DNA of 64,000 nt from positions 5,492,050 to 5,556,049 of the forward strand of contig CM119270.1 in the NCBI GenBank assembly GCA_051294375.1, in the 5' to 3' direction. The position numbers were made by a program, and so were the translations under genes. Shown in pieces: positions 23,951-37,005 of the stretch. How positions within the stretch are numbered: position 1 is the stretch's first letter; each line of letters starts with the position of its first letter. The stretch comes from Paraspadella gotoi (lineage: Eukaryota > Animalia > Chaetognatha). Under the pieces are notes generated by a model. The model had not been told where the DNA came from and did no database searches. It worked only from the letters and a program-made list of their open reading frames with translations.

Positions 23951-25515
23951 TCTTTCTTTTTTTGTTCTTAATCATCGGTGAAAATGCTAAAAATTAACTG
24001 GCTAACCGTTAAAATTGGTTAATTTATCAACTATAATTATTTATGATTAAAATAGGTAACCAAAAATATTTTTATTTTCAATATGTTAGGTTTTCCTACT
24101 AAACCTAGGTGCGGGCTATTCACTTTGTATGACTTTAAGCATTGAAGACGTGTTTTACAGTTTAGCATCATATATTGTTGTAATATAAACATAACGAAGT
24201 ATAAACGTTCAAAAATAAGCAAATATCCAATTGTATAGAACCATAATGAATTCGCGTAATAAAACCGTAAGGGCAGCCGTAAAGCATCGGAAAAAGCATC
24301 GGAAAAGGCATCGGAAAGAGATCGAGAAAGCAGCCGTAAAGCATCGGAAAAAGCGTCGGAATGGGATCCGAGAAAGCAGCCGCTGGACTGTGAAACAGAT
24401 TATACAACGATTTAATATAAAATGTTCGAATTTATAACGCATTAAAAACTTATTAAAAACGAGTTAAAACCATTTAAACGGACCTGGTATACACGTCTAA
24501 CTTTATAGAAATTTGGCGATTACATAAGCATAAAAAATATACATTTTAACTTTCGAAATAAACGGCGTTGAATAAGCAGAGAATTTGGCATTAAATTCGA
24601 AGCAGCAAAAAACGGTAACGTGCAGGATATCATCTGTGAACCGAATTAAAAATAGGACGAGAGAGAAAAGACTGGTTTCTCGCGAATGCGGGGTAAACAA
24701 AAGATCAGTTTTCGAAACGAAGTAAAAAATATTCTTTCTTTTTTGTTCTTAATCATCGGTGAAAATGCTAAAAATTAACTGGCTAACCGTTAAAATTGGT
24801 TAATTATCAACTATAATTATTTATGATTAAAATAGGTAACCAAAATAATTTTTATTTTCAATATGTTAGGTTTTCCTACTAAACCTAGGTGCGGGCTATT
24901 CACTTTGTATGACTTTAAGCATTGAAGACGTGTTTTACAGTTTAGCATCATATATTGTTGTAATATAAACATAACGAAGTATAAACGTTCAAAATAAGCA
25001 AATATCCAATTGTATAGAACCATAATGAATTCGCGTAATAAAACCGTAAGGGCAGCCGTAAAGCATCGGAAAAAGCATCGGAAAAGGCATCGGAAAGAGA
25101 TCCGAGAAAGCAGCCGTAAAGCATCGGAAAAGCGTCGGAATGGGATCCGAGAAAGCAGCCGCTGGACTGTGAAACAGATTATACAACAATTTATATAAAA
25201 TGTTCGAATTATAAACGCATTAAAAACTTATTAAAAACTAGTTAAAACCATTTTAACGGACCTGGTATACACGTCTAACTTTATAGAAATTTGGCGATTA
25301 CATAAGCATAAAAATATACATTTTAACTTTCGAAATAAACGGCGTTGAATAAGCAGAGAATTTGGCATTAAATTCGAAGCAGCAAAAAACGGTAACGTGC
25401 AGGATATTCATCTGTGAACCGAATTAAAAATAGGACGAGAGAGAAAAGACTGGTTTCTCGCGAATGCGGGGTAAACAAAAAGATCAGTTTTCGAAACGAA
25501 GTAAAAAATATTCTA
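23951..25515. repeat. Direct tandem duplication of a ~780-bp unit with internal GCAGCCGTAAAGCATCGGAAAA subrepeats
   Basis: 23951-24734 and 24735-25515 are near-identical. Confidence 0.85.
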
Positions 25516-25605
25516 CACAATACTATACTATAGTCCTGTGCAAAATAAAGAGGACACACTCTTAAATCCTAAATAGCGCGCGTTTTATGCATGTATTCAA
25601 AAAAT

Positions 25606-25650
<45 letters not shown>

Positions 25651-26155
25651 TGACGACAGGTTAAGGTCAATTAGATTGTGTGAGGGAAATTAAAAGGAAA
25701 TTGAAAATCAGTTATTACAGTAAAATACATACTACATACATACTGCAATGTAAAGAAGCAGTAACGTGATTAAGATGTTAAACTGTGAAATTAAAAAAAA
25801 TATTTTGATACCATAATCCATGCTCATGATTGATTGTTTTAACCCTTTATACATTAGCATTTAAATTTCATCGGCTATGGCTAACTGAAGTAAAGAATGT
25901 TTCCTAAAAATAATATGCAATGGATAAATCGCATTATACTTTATATATTTATATATACTTTATACTTTAATAACTTGAATACCTCTCTATCTCTTTCTCT
26001 CTATCATACAATTCAAAATCAGTACAGTAGCTCAGTTAACGGGTTATCGCCTAATAACCATTTTTTTTGCTCTTTTCCTCGCCTTAATATGGACATCGAA
26101 AACATGATACTTTTTACAAACGTTTTGCTTTCTAAAAAATAAATTTTTACAGAAA

Positions 26156-28139
26156 TTAATGCAAATAACAGCATGCATTATTCCGACAATCATTTCTAAA
26201 TTTACAGTGAATTTTTTTGAAATGAGTTTTAATGAGATCCTTGATGGGCCGATCCTTTTCGACGTGTTGGAATATTTCTTCTCCAAAAAGTCGAAGCAAT
26301 TTATACTCCGGAACAACTCCATTTTTTTTTGTCAAATCATAGCATTTTTTGGCCTCTATTATGTAACGCGCATAGAGTACCTTGGCTTTGACAAAGCTTA
26401 TTTTGGCATCAAGCTCTAGGTGTTTTTCATCGGATATCTTTTGTGCCTGCTCTAATTTATTCTGGGCTTCCTCGACATCAAGCTCATGAAGCAACGACAT
26501 GGCCCATAACCTGAGAATGTCGGCCGTAAGTCTCGAATCCTGATTTTTAGCGTTTTCGTATGCTGTTTCATAGGCACGTAAGCAGTTCTCTGATTGGCCC
26601 CTGATGTTTACCAATGCAACCGCGTAATTTTTGTAAACTTTTCCAACAAGTACGTGTGAACCATAACGTTTTTCAATTTTACAAATAAATGGTTTCCAAT
26701 CTCGAAAGTATTTGTGACGAAAACTTTGTTCCATTAGATGCCACATAGTCACGTGGTCTTCAATCAATAAGGTCATCCATGACTCGATCTCAGTTTTGAC
26801 TTTTTCTAACTCTTGTATAGTGTTTTGCAAAGTTATCTCATATGATTCAAACAATTCACTTTTTCGTTCGATTTGTCCCCGAGCATTCAATACTGTCCAT
26901 CTGACAAAACTGATTTGATCCCAGTTTTCCGGATTGCCTTCCGTTGCCTCTAACAACTGGTCAAGTTCGGCTGATGATTCTTCAGCATAGCCGTGTTGCG
27001 CAAGCAAAGCCCTGGTAGTCATTTGTAACTCTTTCAAATTTGACGAACTGAACATATCTTGGCAAGCTTGCAAATAATCCCTTGTTAAAATTATTAAAAA
27101 TTAAAATTTGAAGATAATTAAAATATACAAAAATATGAAAACTTTGTAAAATGCTTATATTTATGGTGGACTAAAATCCACCAACCGTTCATCAGCGAAC
27201 ATTGGTGCCAGAGAAAAGTCATTCGCCTCTCAACCCAAACGTCTGGGGTTCCAGCCCGGTGGCCGCCTCGCAGTTAAGAGGGACGGGGCTCTTAACCCGC
27301 CTGTAACACGGTGTTACAGCCTGATCCGAAGCTTAGGGACTGCTTATATTGAACGGTTCTGTCACTAACATATAACAATAATTACTGTCTCTTCATTGGT
27401 GAGCCCGACTTCCGAACACAACAACAACAACAACACTTTCAGGCGACATGCCTCAACCTGGCGATGCACTTTCCACCAACAACACATCAGGGGACATGCC
27501 TCAACTTGGTGATGAACTTTCCACCAACAACAACAATTCACTGAAGAGACGCAACAGACTTCTCTCTATGGGAGGGGGGATGTATGGTGGACTAAAATCC
27601 ACCAACGTTCATCTGCGGCCATTGGTGCTGGAGGCAAGTCATTCGCCTCTCAACCCAAAGGTCTGGGGTTCTTGCCTGGTGGCCGCCTAGCAGTTAAGAG
27701 GGACGGGGCGCTTAACCCGCCTGTAACACGGTGTTACAGCCTGATTCGAAGCTCAGAGACGGCTTATATTGAACAGTTCTGTCACTAACAATATAACATA
27801 TAACATATAACAATAATTACTGTCTCTTCATATTCTTACTTACTTGTGCTCCTTGCCACATGTGTTTTCTACCATTAAATCAAAGCAATAAAACTGAATG
27901 GGTGTCAGCTTCTTAAGTGCGTCACAATTCTTCGTCTCTTTGGTTTAAAAATATGAAAAGATATATACAAATTACTAACATTTAAAAAGATGGTAAGAAA
28001 AAGTTTATTTCCATAACAAAATACCTATGGCAATTTTAAGAATCTGTTTGACGTCATTCCATCTTTTATCCATGATACATGACGATCCATCTTTGCCCCA
28101 AAAATCTTCCAAAATATTTGGAATAAAATCGCTCTCCAT
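26156..28139 (-). CDS. Helical (TPR-like) protein with C-terminal CCCH-type zinc finger; 3 exons; may have a degraded longer 5' end
   Basis: Exons ~28139-28025, ~27938-27844 and ~27080-26156 join in frame. The last exon is a 305-aa ORF ending CKFRNDCRNNACCYLH. The upstream frame has stops and a 71-bp tandem array. Confidence 0.6.
27163..27394 (+). mobile_element. tRNA-containing SINE/HINE-like interspersed repeat
   Basis: Terminal hairpin GGTGGActaaaaTCCACC, subterminal inverted pair AACCGTTCA/TGAACGGTT and a tRNA-like segment with A/B-box-like motifs. Other copies at 27584-27830, 47511-47755 (-) and 18041-18145 (-, partial). Confidence 0.7.
27584..27830 (+). mobile_element. Second copy of the tRNA-containing SINE/HINE-like repeat
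   Basis: Near-identical to 27163-27394; acceptor-like stem GCGGCCA...TGGCCGC. Confidence 0.7.
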
Positions 28140-28289
28140 ATTTTTTCGTATTTTGTTATTTCTGGGAAGTTTTGGATGTAAAAAATCTTGCTGCGGCTCC
28201 TGAATCAGCGGACTCAAACACGCAAACTTGTCTCTTTTGCTTTATGCGTCAGTCCTTTCGTCGTCGCTCTCGCCGTCGCAATAGCTTCA

Positions 28290-28625
28290 AAATGTCATAT
28301 TTTGAAAAAGTGCCTCCAGGTTAACGCCATGCTCCTTCCTCGGTCCGCCTATCTCGTACACAATGTTATATTTTGAAAAAAGGCTTACAGATTAACGCCC
28401 TGCTTTTTCCTCGGTCCGCCTATCTTGTACACAATGTTATATTTTGAAAAAGGGCTTACAGATTAACGCCCAGCTCTTTCCTCGGTCCGCCTATCTTGTA
28501 CACAATGTTATATTTTGAAAAAGGGCCTCCAGGTTAATGCCCTACTCCTTCCTTGGTCCGCCTATCTCGTACACAATGTTATATTTTGAAAAAGGGCCTC
28601 CAGGTTAACGCCCTGCTCCTTCCTC
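28290..28625. repeat. 71-bp tandem repeat (~4.5 units)
   Basis: CACAATGTTATATTTTGAAAAA recurs at 28359, 28430, 28501 and 28572. Confidence 0.85.
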
Positions 28626-30906
28626 CTTCCTCAACTGATATTTTTTAAACTTTCTTTTCAAGTGATTCTGTTCTGCACGTTTTCTAAATTCTGAATTATA
28701 ATTAGGAATCAATATAGTTTATTAATACTTTTAAGGGATGAATATAAATATTAATTAATGGTTAATATAGTTTTGTTTTTATAATAATAAAATTTAGGTT
28801 TGATTTTTATGCTTTTAAGTGCTTATGAAAATATAAAAAAAATCTTAGACTTGCAAAGCCTTTGTTCAATGAGGCTTAAACCTAAAATTTTAGCTCTGTA
28901 TAATAAAAAATAAAAATTTGAATTTAGTAAAAAATACCATATATTAAAAAAATAAAATAATAGATGATATAAATATTTAGATAAGATCAACTAAAAGTTT
29001 TTTTATAATTATTGTGTGTAAATCCTTTCTTTTTTGTTGTGTTTGTGGTTTAAAGAGACAAATAGTTTATTGGCAATAACAATTTTTATTATATACAGGG
29101 TAGTGAATCAAAACTTAGTGTATGAACACTTGCCGTGTGCCCATGAAACGCCTCTGCTTCGCCGCTGTCAGGTCGCTACGTAGGAAAGTGGTCCTCGTCT
29201 CTCGCTGACATCTCCGGAAGTGGGCGTAGCCGCGTCTGGCGCCGTTGCACGTGCGTCGAAGACGTCGGGGGTTTGGTCGCGCCGTAAGTCGGCGCCGTGA
29301 GTCCTTGGTCGGCGAGGCTGTCGACACTCGAGTGTGGTCGTATGGAATGGACCACAAGTCCGTCCACAAGTCTATGACGGAGCTAAAGTCTGACCACAAG
29401 TGCATCCACGAGTCCCGGAGTGTGGTCCCATGGTGGGCTCTATGGCCACAATGACTCTGTCTGTAAACCGTATCGAAAGGGTGACGTGACGTGACGTGAA
29501 GGCTCCTAAGCCTTGTAAAAGACAGTTTTGTGACGGGCGGAAACATCCTAAGTAGCTATGTATGTGCCTAGAATATCTGGTAAAAAAAGAAAAGAGGAGT
29601 GAAATCTCCAAAAGAAAAGAAAAAAGACATCTATCGGCAGAAATGGTAATAACAAAGAATAGTTAGAATAGTATTTACCATCATATTTTATAGGCAAAAA
29701 GTTATTGAATGTCTTTTTATAATACACTAAGATAATCACTGATGTTTTGAGTTTCTGATATAGGTTTTATTTTCCTCATGCTTTTATACTGCGCTACTAA
29801 AAAGAATGCAACATTGGTTGAATTTGCTCTGCGCCGGTTTAGAACTTAAAATCCCTATCAGTATGTTACATTATTAAGGAGGCTATTAAGAATAGGAATA
29901 ACTACTATTCTAAGTCGGGAATCCATGCGCTTAAGCCCGAGTCGATTAGGGCCATTTATCAGGATGCTGCAGGTAGCAATTATAGCATACTCAAAACCAA
30001 CAATATGTACGCTAATAGCTCATTTCTATGCTAAAAGAAAAATTCTGAAGAGAGCAAATAAAAAACTCTATTTAGAAATATTTACTAGGACATGTTATCT
30101 TTACTATCCTATGGCCATTAAACTGCCGCAGTTTAACAAGATCTATTTCAACCTTAATTAATAAAAGCAATTTTAAGAAGTTGTAAAAAAAATTTTCCTA
30201 AGTTCACACTGTAGTGGCCACAATTCGAGCCTTAATCAGAAATTTTTTAGCTATTTTTCTATGCAAATAAAAACTAATAGCTATCACCATTTAAATTCCT
30301 ATGATATAATTTTTATCACTGGGTCCTCTTAAAAGGTAGATGATAACTGTACAATAATGAAAAAATAGTTATAATTCATGGAAGTTAAGAAGTTTAAAAA
30401 AGTGATGAATTGTGGTGTACGCAACACCCTCACTGGTCATATTGAATTGCATTACTTTTGTTTTTCTTTTTACATATTTCCATACAATTTTGAGCTAAAT
30501 TAACGTTGTCACTTTTTCTATTTTTCCTCTTCTTTTTGTTTTGAGCTCTCTCTCTCGTTTGCTCTCTACATGTCAACATTGACCTACGGCGTGATCTCTT
30601 GACAAAGGTAAATGAACTAAAAATATTTTTAGTCGGATCAGCTTATCGCAGATTCCGACTCTATAATTCACTTTGTAGGTCCATCGGTCCCACCCCAAAA
30701 ACTTGTCAGTAAATCATTTTTATCATATCAGAATTTTTTATTTAATTCAGAATTCAATATTTAAAAGTATGTGATTAAGCTGGATATAAATTTCTGATAG
30801 AATCGTAGGAGTGAAAAAGTGTTTAAATGAGAAAACCATTATTTGAATTTTTAAAAGTTTTCCTCTCTCTATCTCTCTCCGATGGATTGATTGATTGATT
30901 GATTGA

Positions 30907-31915
30907 TTGACCAAATTATGCCACTTGACCAAATTATTCAAGTGACCAAATTTTGCAAGTTGACCAAATTATGCCAGTTGATAAAATTATGCTCATTGAC
31001 CAAATTATGCTAGTTGACCAAATTATGCCAGTTGACCAAATTATGCCGGTTGTCCAAATTAGGCCAGTTGAGAAAATTATGCCAGTAGAGAAAATTATGC
31101 CACTTGACCAAATTATACTAGTTGACCAAATTATGCCAGTTGACTAAATTATACCATTTAGAGTCGCCTCAGCTTGACCGCTGTTGGGCCGCTACAGAGA
31201 AATGCTGTCCTCCATGTCCCTTGCTGACGTCTCTGGAGGTGGGCATGGCCGCGTCTGTCGCCGTTGAGCATGCGCCGAAGACATTGCCTGGCCATGATAG
31301 AGGGCGTAATCGGCGAGGCTATTGTCACCCGGGTGTGGCCCAATGTTGTGGGCCACGAGTCTGTGATGGAGGCTAAAGTCTGACCACGAGTAAGTCCACA
31401 AGTCTCTTGGAGTATGGTCTCGTCGTGGGCTCTATGGCCATGACATCACTGTCTGTAAACGGTATCAAGGGTGACAAATGGTGACATGAATGGCGTCCTC
31501 GGACCTCGTAAAAGGCAGTTTGATGACGGGCGGAAAAATCCTAAGTATCTACATGAGCCTAGTATATCTTGTAAGAAAAGAAAAGAGGAGTGTAATCTCC
31601 TAAAGAAAAGAAAAGAGACATCTGTCGGCAGAAACGGTAATAACAAAAGGCAAACAAATAAATGGGGAAAAAGGGGGACATATCTCTACAATACCAGTTG
31701 ACCAAATAATACCAGTTGACAAAATTATGCCAGTTGACCAAATTATGCCAGTCAACCAAATTATGCCAGTTTACCAAATTCTGCCTGTCGACCAAATAAT
31801 GCAACTTGATCAAATTATGAAAGTTGATCAAATTATGCAAGTTGACCAAATTATGCAAATTGATTAAATTATGCAAAATTACCAAATTATGCAAGTTGAC
31901 TAAATTATGCAAAAT
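30907..31915. repeat. 18-bp minisatellite (TTGACCAAATTATGCCAG) split by a ~540-bp insert homologous to 29115-29655
   Basis: Arrays at 30907-31157 and 31694-31915; the insert aligns with the 29.1-29.65 kb segment. Confidence 0.8.
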
Positions 31916-33845
31916 GTTATTGGCGCAGCTACTGGTAATGATTGATAGATTGATTTATAGATTTTTTAATAGATTTATTAAGTCTGTTATGATTTGTTAT
32001 GTGATCTGTTAAGATCATAAATTGAAAGTCAGAAAATATTACAGTGATTTATCATCGGATTAGATTATTACCGCTTAATTATCGAAGGCAGATCCGACAT
32101 TGTTTGGTCAAACTTGATTAACAGACGATCAGTTTTCGAGTGCGACGCTCGCTATGGCAACGACCTCTGCAACTCGACTATTTGTTCCAAGATGGAGGAC
32201 ATCCTCGTTGTCGTCGTCGTTATTGTCGCCGTCTTTTTCTTCTGACGATAATGATGTCAATGTCATATTGTATTTTTTTTTTCATTCATTGCGAAAATAT
32301 ATATCGTCCTTTTATGGTCAAATCTGACGAGAGCAAGTAGGATTTTCTTCGAGACGGTAAAACGACAGGGAACTTGACATCTTAACAATGTCGTAGTTCG
32401 TCAACGGTAGCGGACATAGTTTCGTTTATGTTCTCGCTTTCTCACTCCTCTCCGCTCTCCGGTAATAAAGTTACCCAGATGCGTCGCGGTTAAGATTCTA
32501 AGCTTGAAAGAGACGAGCAAGCAGAGACAAGCAGAGACAAGCACGCCCATAAAAGGAGTCGTTGGAGTGAAAGCGCACGTACTCCCCTTTTTTTTCCCCC
32601 TCGACTTGAGCGGCGAGTTTCTATTTCAGGTTAAAACCAGAGAAAAGATTACTCGAGTTTCTATTTCAGGTTTTAACCTGAAATAGAAACTCGAGGCGAC
32701 GAGTTTTAACTTAGCCTAATAAAAGTTTAAATTCTCTATCAACATTTATATCTATTAAAAAAAAAACCCTTTCCTACTTTAAAATTCAAAGCGTCAACAA
32801 AGAACAAATTTTTAAAAAAATTAACAAAAATTTAACAAATTTAAAAAATTTTCCCTTTCCGTTCAAGTGACTTTTGTTTAATAAGAAAATTTTCCGCAGT
32901 GTCACTCATTTCTAGTCTTATTGACCGAAATTTACTAAACAAGTGGCTCACCGTTAATCGAAATTGTAATAAAGATTTAACAACATCACTGATGTCATCA
33001 GCCATGTTGAATGAGTCTCTCGTTCATAAAGATTATCATTTGCCACAAACTTAACAATACAGTGTTTCCCCTCACCCAACAAAAAAAAATTATTATAACG
33101 AGTAAGTTGACTAAGTAAAAAAAAACATTTTAAAAATGATCATATAAATATTTATCTTTTTTCCCTGCTGCCTATGTTTGATCTCGGGTTTGCGTAACAT
33201 GGTTTCTGTATTTATAGTTTTATTCGTGTGAAGTAGATTTCGAAAAAAAAAAAAAAAAATTTTCTGAAACGCATTTGGACTTCGAGGGGAAACAAACAAG
33301 TTGTGTCACGAAGACAGTTCGGTCCAATCAAACGCCTTCGCTAGTACTCGACTGAGCCAATTAATAACGAGAGTTCTTTATCGGATATTAATTATCGAAT
33401 TGCCCTTCGTCCTTAGAGGTAATATAGTATTTATGAATGAAACCTTAACGATTATTGAACGCTCAACAAAGAAACGTTTCGTTGTTTTATTTTTTGGATA
33501 GTACGTAATGACGTTAATATTTAACATATTAGGGTTATGGAGTTTTTTTAAGTTTTACTCTTTCGTTGGCCTTTTTCATAAAACCCGCTTTGTTAAAAGT
33601 TATTTCTTTATCAGACTGAATCGATGGAATGAAGGAGTAAGAAAACCTGTTTTTCGTTCTCTCTTTACTTGTTGCCAAAAGCTACAATTCAGCATACTGT
33701 CGCCTCACAACCATCGACACTCCTACACACACATAATTCTGTTATGTACTGTTTCACCTGATAAACGAATAAAACACATATAATCGATAATGTTAAGAAT
33801 TCATTAAGAACCTAAAACGAGTAACAAAATAAAATCAAGCTAATT

Positions 33846-36800
33846 ATGGCCGAGATCGATTGGACCTACGGCAACGACTACACCGGATACGATGACGCCG
33901 CAGCCGCAGCCGCCGACCCCTTCACCCCATTACGCATCAACAGGCTCCGCTTCAACGGCGCCATCTTGTACGACGCGCCCTCTATGTACAAATCCTTTCT
34001 TCGCGCCTTCGTCTCCGAGGCGACGGGAGAAGCGTGGAACAAGAGCCACGCGTGGAAGATCTGGTGTCTGGACAATTACGACAGCGTCATTGCTGACTAC
34101 AGGTGAAGCAAACCGAACTAGTAAAAAAAAGTAATAATTTGAACAGATTTAGGCATCAATTATTTATGGTGTTGAAATCTTATCCAAGCTTTACTCATAT
34201 ATTTATATAAATACCTAATTGACAATATGCTTTGCGAAAAAAACTTTAATTTGGCAAATAAAAATTTTTAATCCTTAATATAGTATAAAAAAAAACATTC
34301 AAGCGTTTATCAAATTTATTATTCAATTTTTAAGTTGTTTTCTAGACATGTTCATAAAGTTTTAGTCGAAGTTCTCAAACACCCTATTGAATCGAATCGG
34401 CTCTACTTCAGGCAGCTGCACAAGACAATTGCCAAGGGTAAGACGGAGCCGGTGAGCGGGAAATACGTGCCAGTTTTCTCCCAGGGCAACGTAGCTCTCT
34501 TTTCTCACGTCATCGATCGTACGGAGCAGCGGGGGTGCGTGAAGCACGGCAGCGTCGTGCTGCGGCAGCAGCGGGAGGCCTTGGTGAATGATGACGGCGG
34601 TGGATGGGATGACGCGTATTGCTACAGGTGAGGTTGAAGTGAGGTAAGTTTTGCGAAAAAACAAAGGATCAATAACAAACAAGATATATTGTATAATCTA
34701 AGTTTTGATCTTTATTTCTCCAATTTGTATGCAATTTCCTTATTTTTTAACGCCCCGATCGGTTGACAGCTTCACCTGGCAATGTGGAGATTGTAACAGA
34801 GATAGGAATTTCACATTGTAAATTTACACAATGTACAATGAGCCAATTTAATTCCATTCGCTTTTCTGATTTCAATAAATCGATTCATCTCACGTTCGTC
34901 ATTTTATCACGACGTCATCAGCAAATTCGAGGCATTGAAGGAGAACGCGGTCAAGACTATGTTCAAGGATCTCCCCAAGCTGAAGTTGAAGTGGCTCGAC
35001 CGGATGGACCGGGTCAGGCTGGGCTACCTCGACCAAGAGCGGTTGGAGAAGACGAGGCTCAAGATTTGGAGGATGAAGAGAAAGGCGTTGGCGAAGAGAG
35101 AAATGGAGGAGGATTTGAAAAGAGATTTGGGGGAACATTTGGTGGAACATTCGCTGCATGATTTAGGGGGAAGGAGGGCGGACGAGGGCGACGTTGACGA
35201 CGAAGTGGTTCGCACTCATTATCTAGAGATGGAGTTTACGAGAGAAGAATTGACTGTCACTGACGAGAATGGTAAGTGTAATATCAAGTAAATAGAAATA
35301 TTAAATAAAAATTAAATGTCTACGAAAAAGGAAAAAAATTTTGTTTCGTTTTATTTTTAATTAAATTATTTTATTATAATTTATTTTTCTCGTTTGAAAT
35401 CATCCTTTCTAAACTTTTCCAACTTTTCCAACTGCAACGATCGGCTAAAGTTACGGCGACTCTGCCGACGCCGCCAATGACGACGCACTCGACGCAGCAA
35501 CAGCCTACGCAGCCGTCTCCGACGCCGCTGACTGATGCTGGAGATGAAGATTGGATTCAGGAGGGTCTAATCTTCGATCGTATTTTTGAAGGTGACAGAA
35601 AAAAGAACTTTGTCGTCGTCAAGGTTAAATATAACCTTGACTAGGACTAGATTGATATGTTTAATTTAATTTTACCTAAGTTTAATCGTTACCGATGATT
35701 TTCCTTTTTGTTAAATATTACATATTACAAACGGATGAAACGTTTTTATTATTTATTTATGGATTAGAACCCGGAACCTTCCAGCCACAAGCCGAAGTGG
35801 ACGAGAAGGAGGAAGAGGAGCAGGAGAAAGAGGAGCAGGAGGAAGAGGAACAGCAGAAAGAAGCGGAGCATTTGGACGACGACAACAACCCCACTTCCTC
35901 CTCCTCCATCTGCCCCTCGCGAATCGCCGCCTCTCTCATCTTCTCTCCGCCGTCCTTCTCCAACGCCTGGTCGACGACGCCGAGATTCTTCGTCGGCGCC
36001 GATTTCGTCGCCGTCCAAGTCAACGGACGAATCCTCGTCTGGGGCGGGCGTCAGGTTCAGCCCCATCCGACCGACAATTCGCCCGACAATTCGCCCGACA
36101 ATCTCCGCTTCCTTCCCGCCGACGTCGTCTTCGTCCTCGAAGTCGCTCCCTCTCTCTGGCGGAGAATTCCGGCGACCGGCGACGTTCCGCCCGGCACGAA
36201 GGACGCCGCCGCCGTCGTTCTCGACGAGACCGTCTACATCTTCGGCGGCGGCGTCGACTGCGGCGGCGGCGAAATTCGCCGCACCAACGCCATCTTCTCT
36301 CTCTCGTTCGACGGAGAGTTCCAACGCCTCCTAGCGAGCGGCGACGTGCCTACGCCCCGGGAGGCGTTGCGAGGGTGGGCCTTTGAGGGCGACCTCTACT
36401 TCTTCGGCGGGGAAGGCGAGAGAGGCATCGGAGGCGGCTGGGTGGCGAACGCCTCGGACCCGAACACTTTCTACAACGACCAACTGATTCAGTTCGACGC
36501 AGCGCTCAACGTCTTTTCTCTCGTCCGCACGACGGGCCGACCGCCTTTCCCGAGATCCGGGTACGCCGCCGCTACATCCGGGGAGACGGTCTACGTCCAC
36601 GGAGGAAGCTGCGGCGAGGAGGCGTGGCAGGATTTTCACGCGTTGAACATGAAGAGTTTGGCGTGGTCGTCTTTGAATTGGGGTCCGTCGATCGCCGCGA
36701 GGGGTCACCAAATGAGTCCGATTTCCGAGACGCAAATGATCGTCGTTGGCGGCGACAGTGGCGGACGGGAAAAGGACGAGCGACTCTCGAACGAGGCGTT

Positions 36801-37005
36801 GTTCGTTGTCGACGTCGACGAGGAAAGTTTCGAGCGCCTCGATGTGGAGTTTGGCGCTGACAACGGCGGAGCCGTGGGCGTGACCGGACATCGAGTCGTC
36901 GCCGTCACGAATGAGCAAAGGATCGCGTGCGTCTTTTCCATCGGTGGATTTGTGGACAAAGATTCGACGCAGCACCCGAATCAAATCGTTAGATTCACAT
37001 GGTGA
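33846..37005 (+). CDS. Kelch-repeat beta-propeller protein (KLHDC-like C-terminus) with an unrecognised N-terminal region; 5 exons
   Basis: Exons ~33846-34102, ~34412-34627, ~34922-35271, ~35451-35591 and 35769-37005 join in frame. Kelch motifs ILVWGG, VYIFGG, LYFFGG, VYVHGG, MIVVGG, FSIGG. Confidence 0.8.

Noticed and set aside
27614-27688. Genuine tRNA gene
   Set aside because: Degenerate arms, and embedded in a multi-copy repeat; treated as SINE-derived.
30907-31915. CRISPR-like appearance of the 18-bp repeats (and the 39-bp and 71-bp arrays)
   Set aside because: Units are contiguous with no unique spacers, there are no cas genes, and the context is eukaryotic.
35757-36984. Long antisense and alternate-frame ORFs over the kelch exon
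   Set aside because: Expected by-product of high GC3 codon usage.
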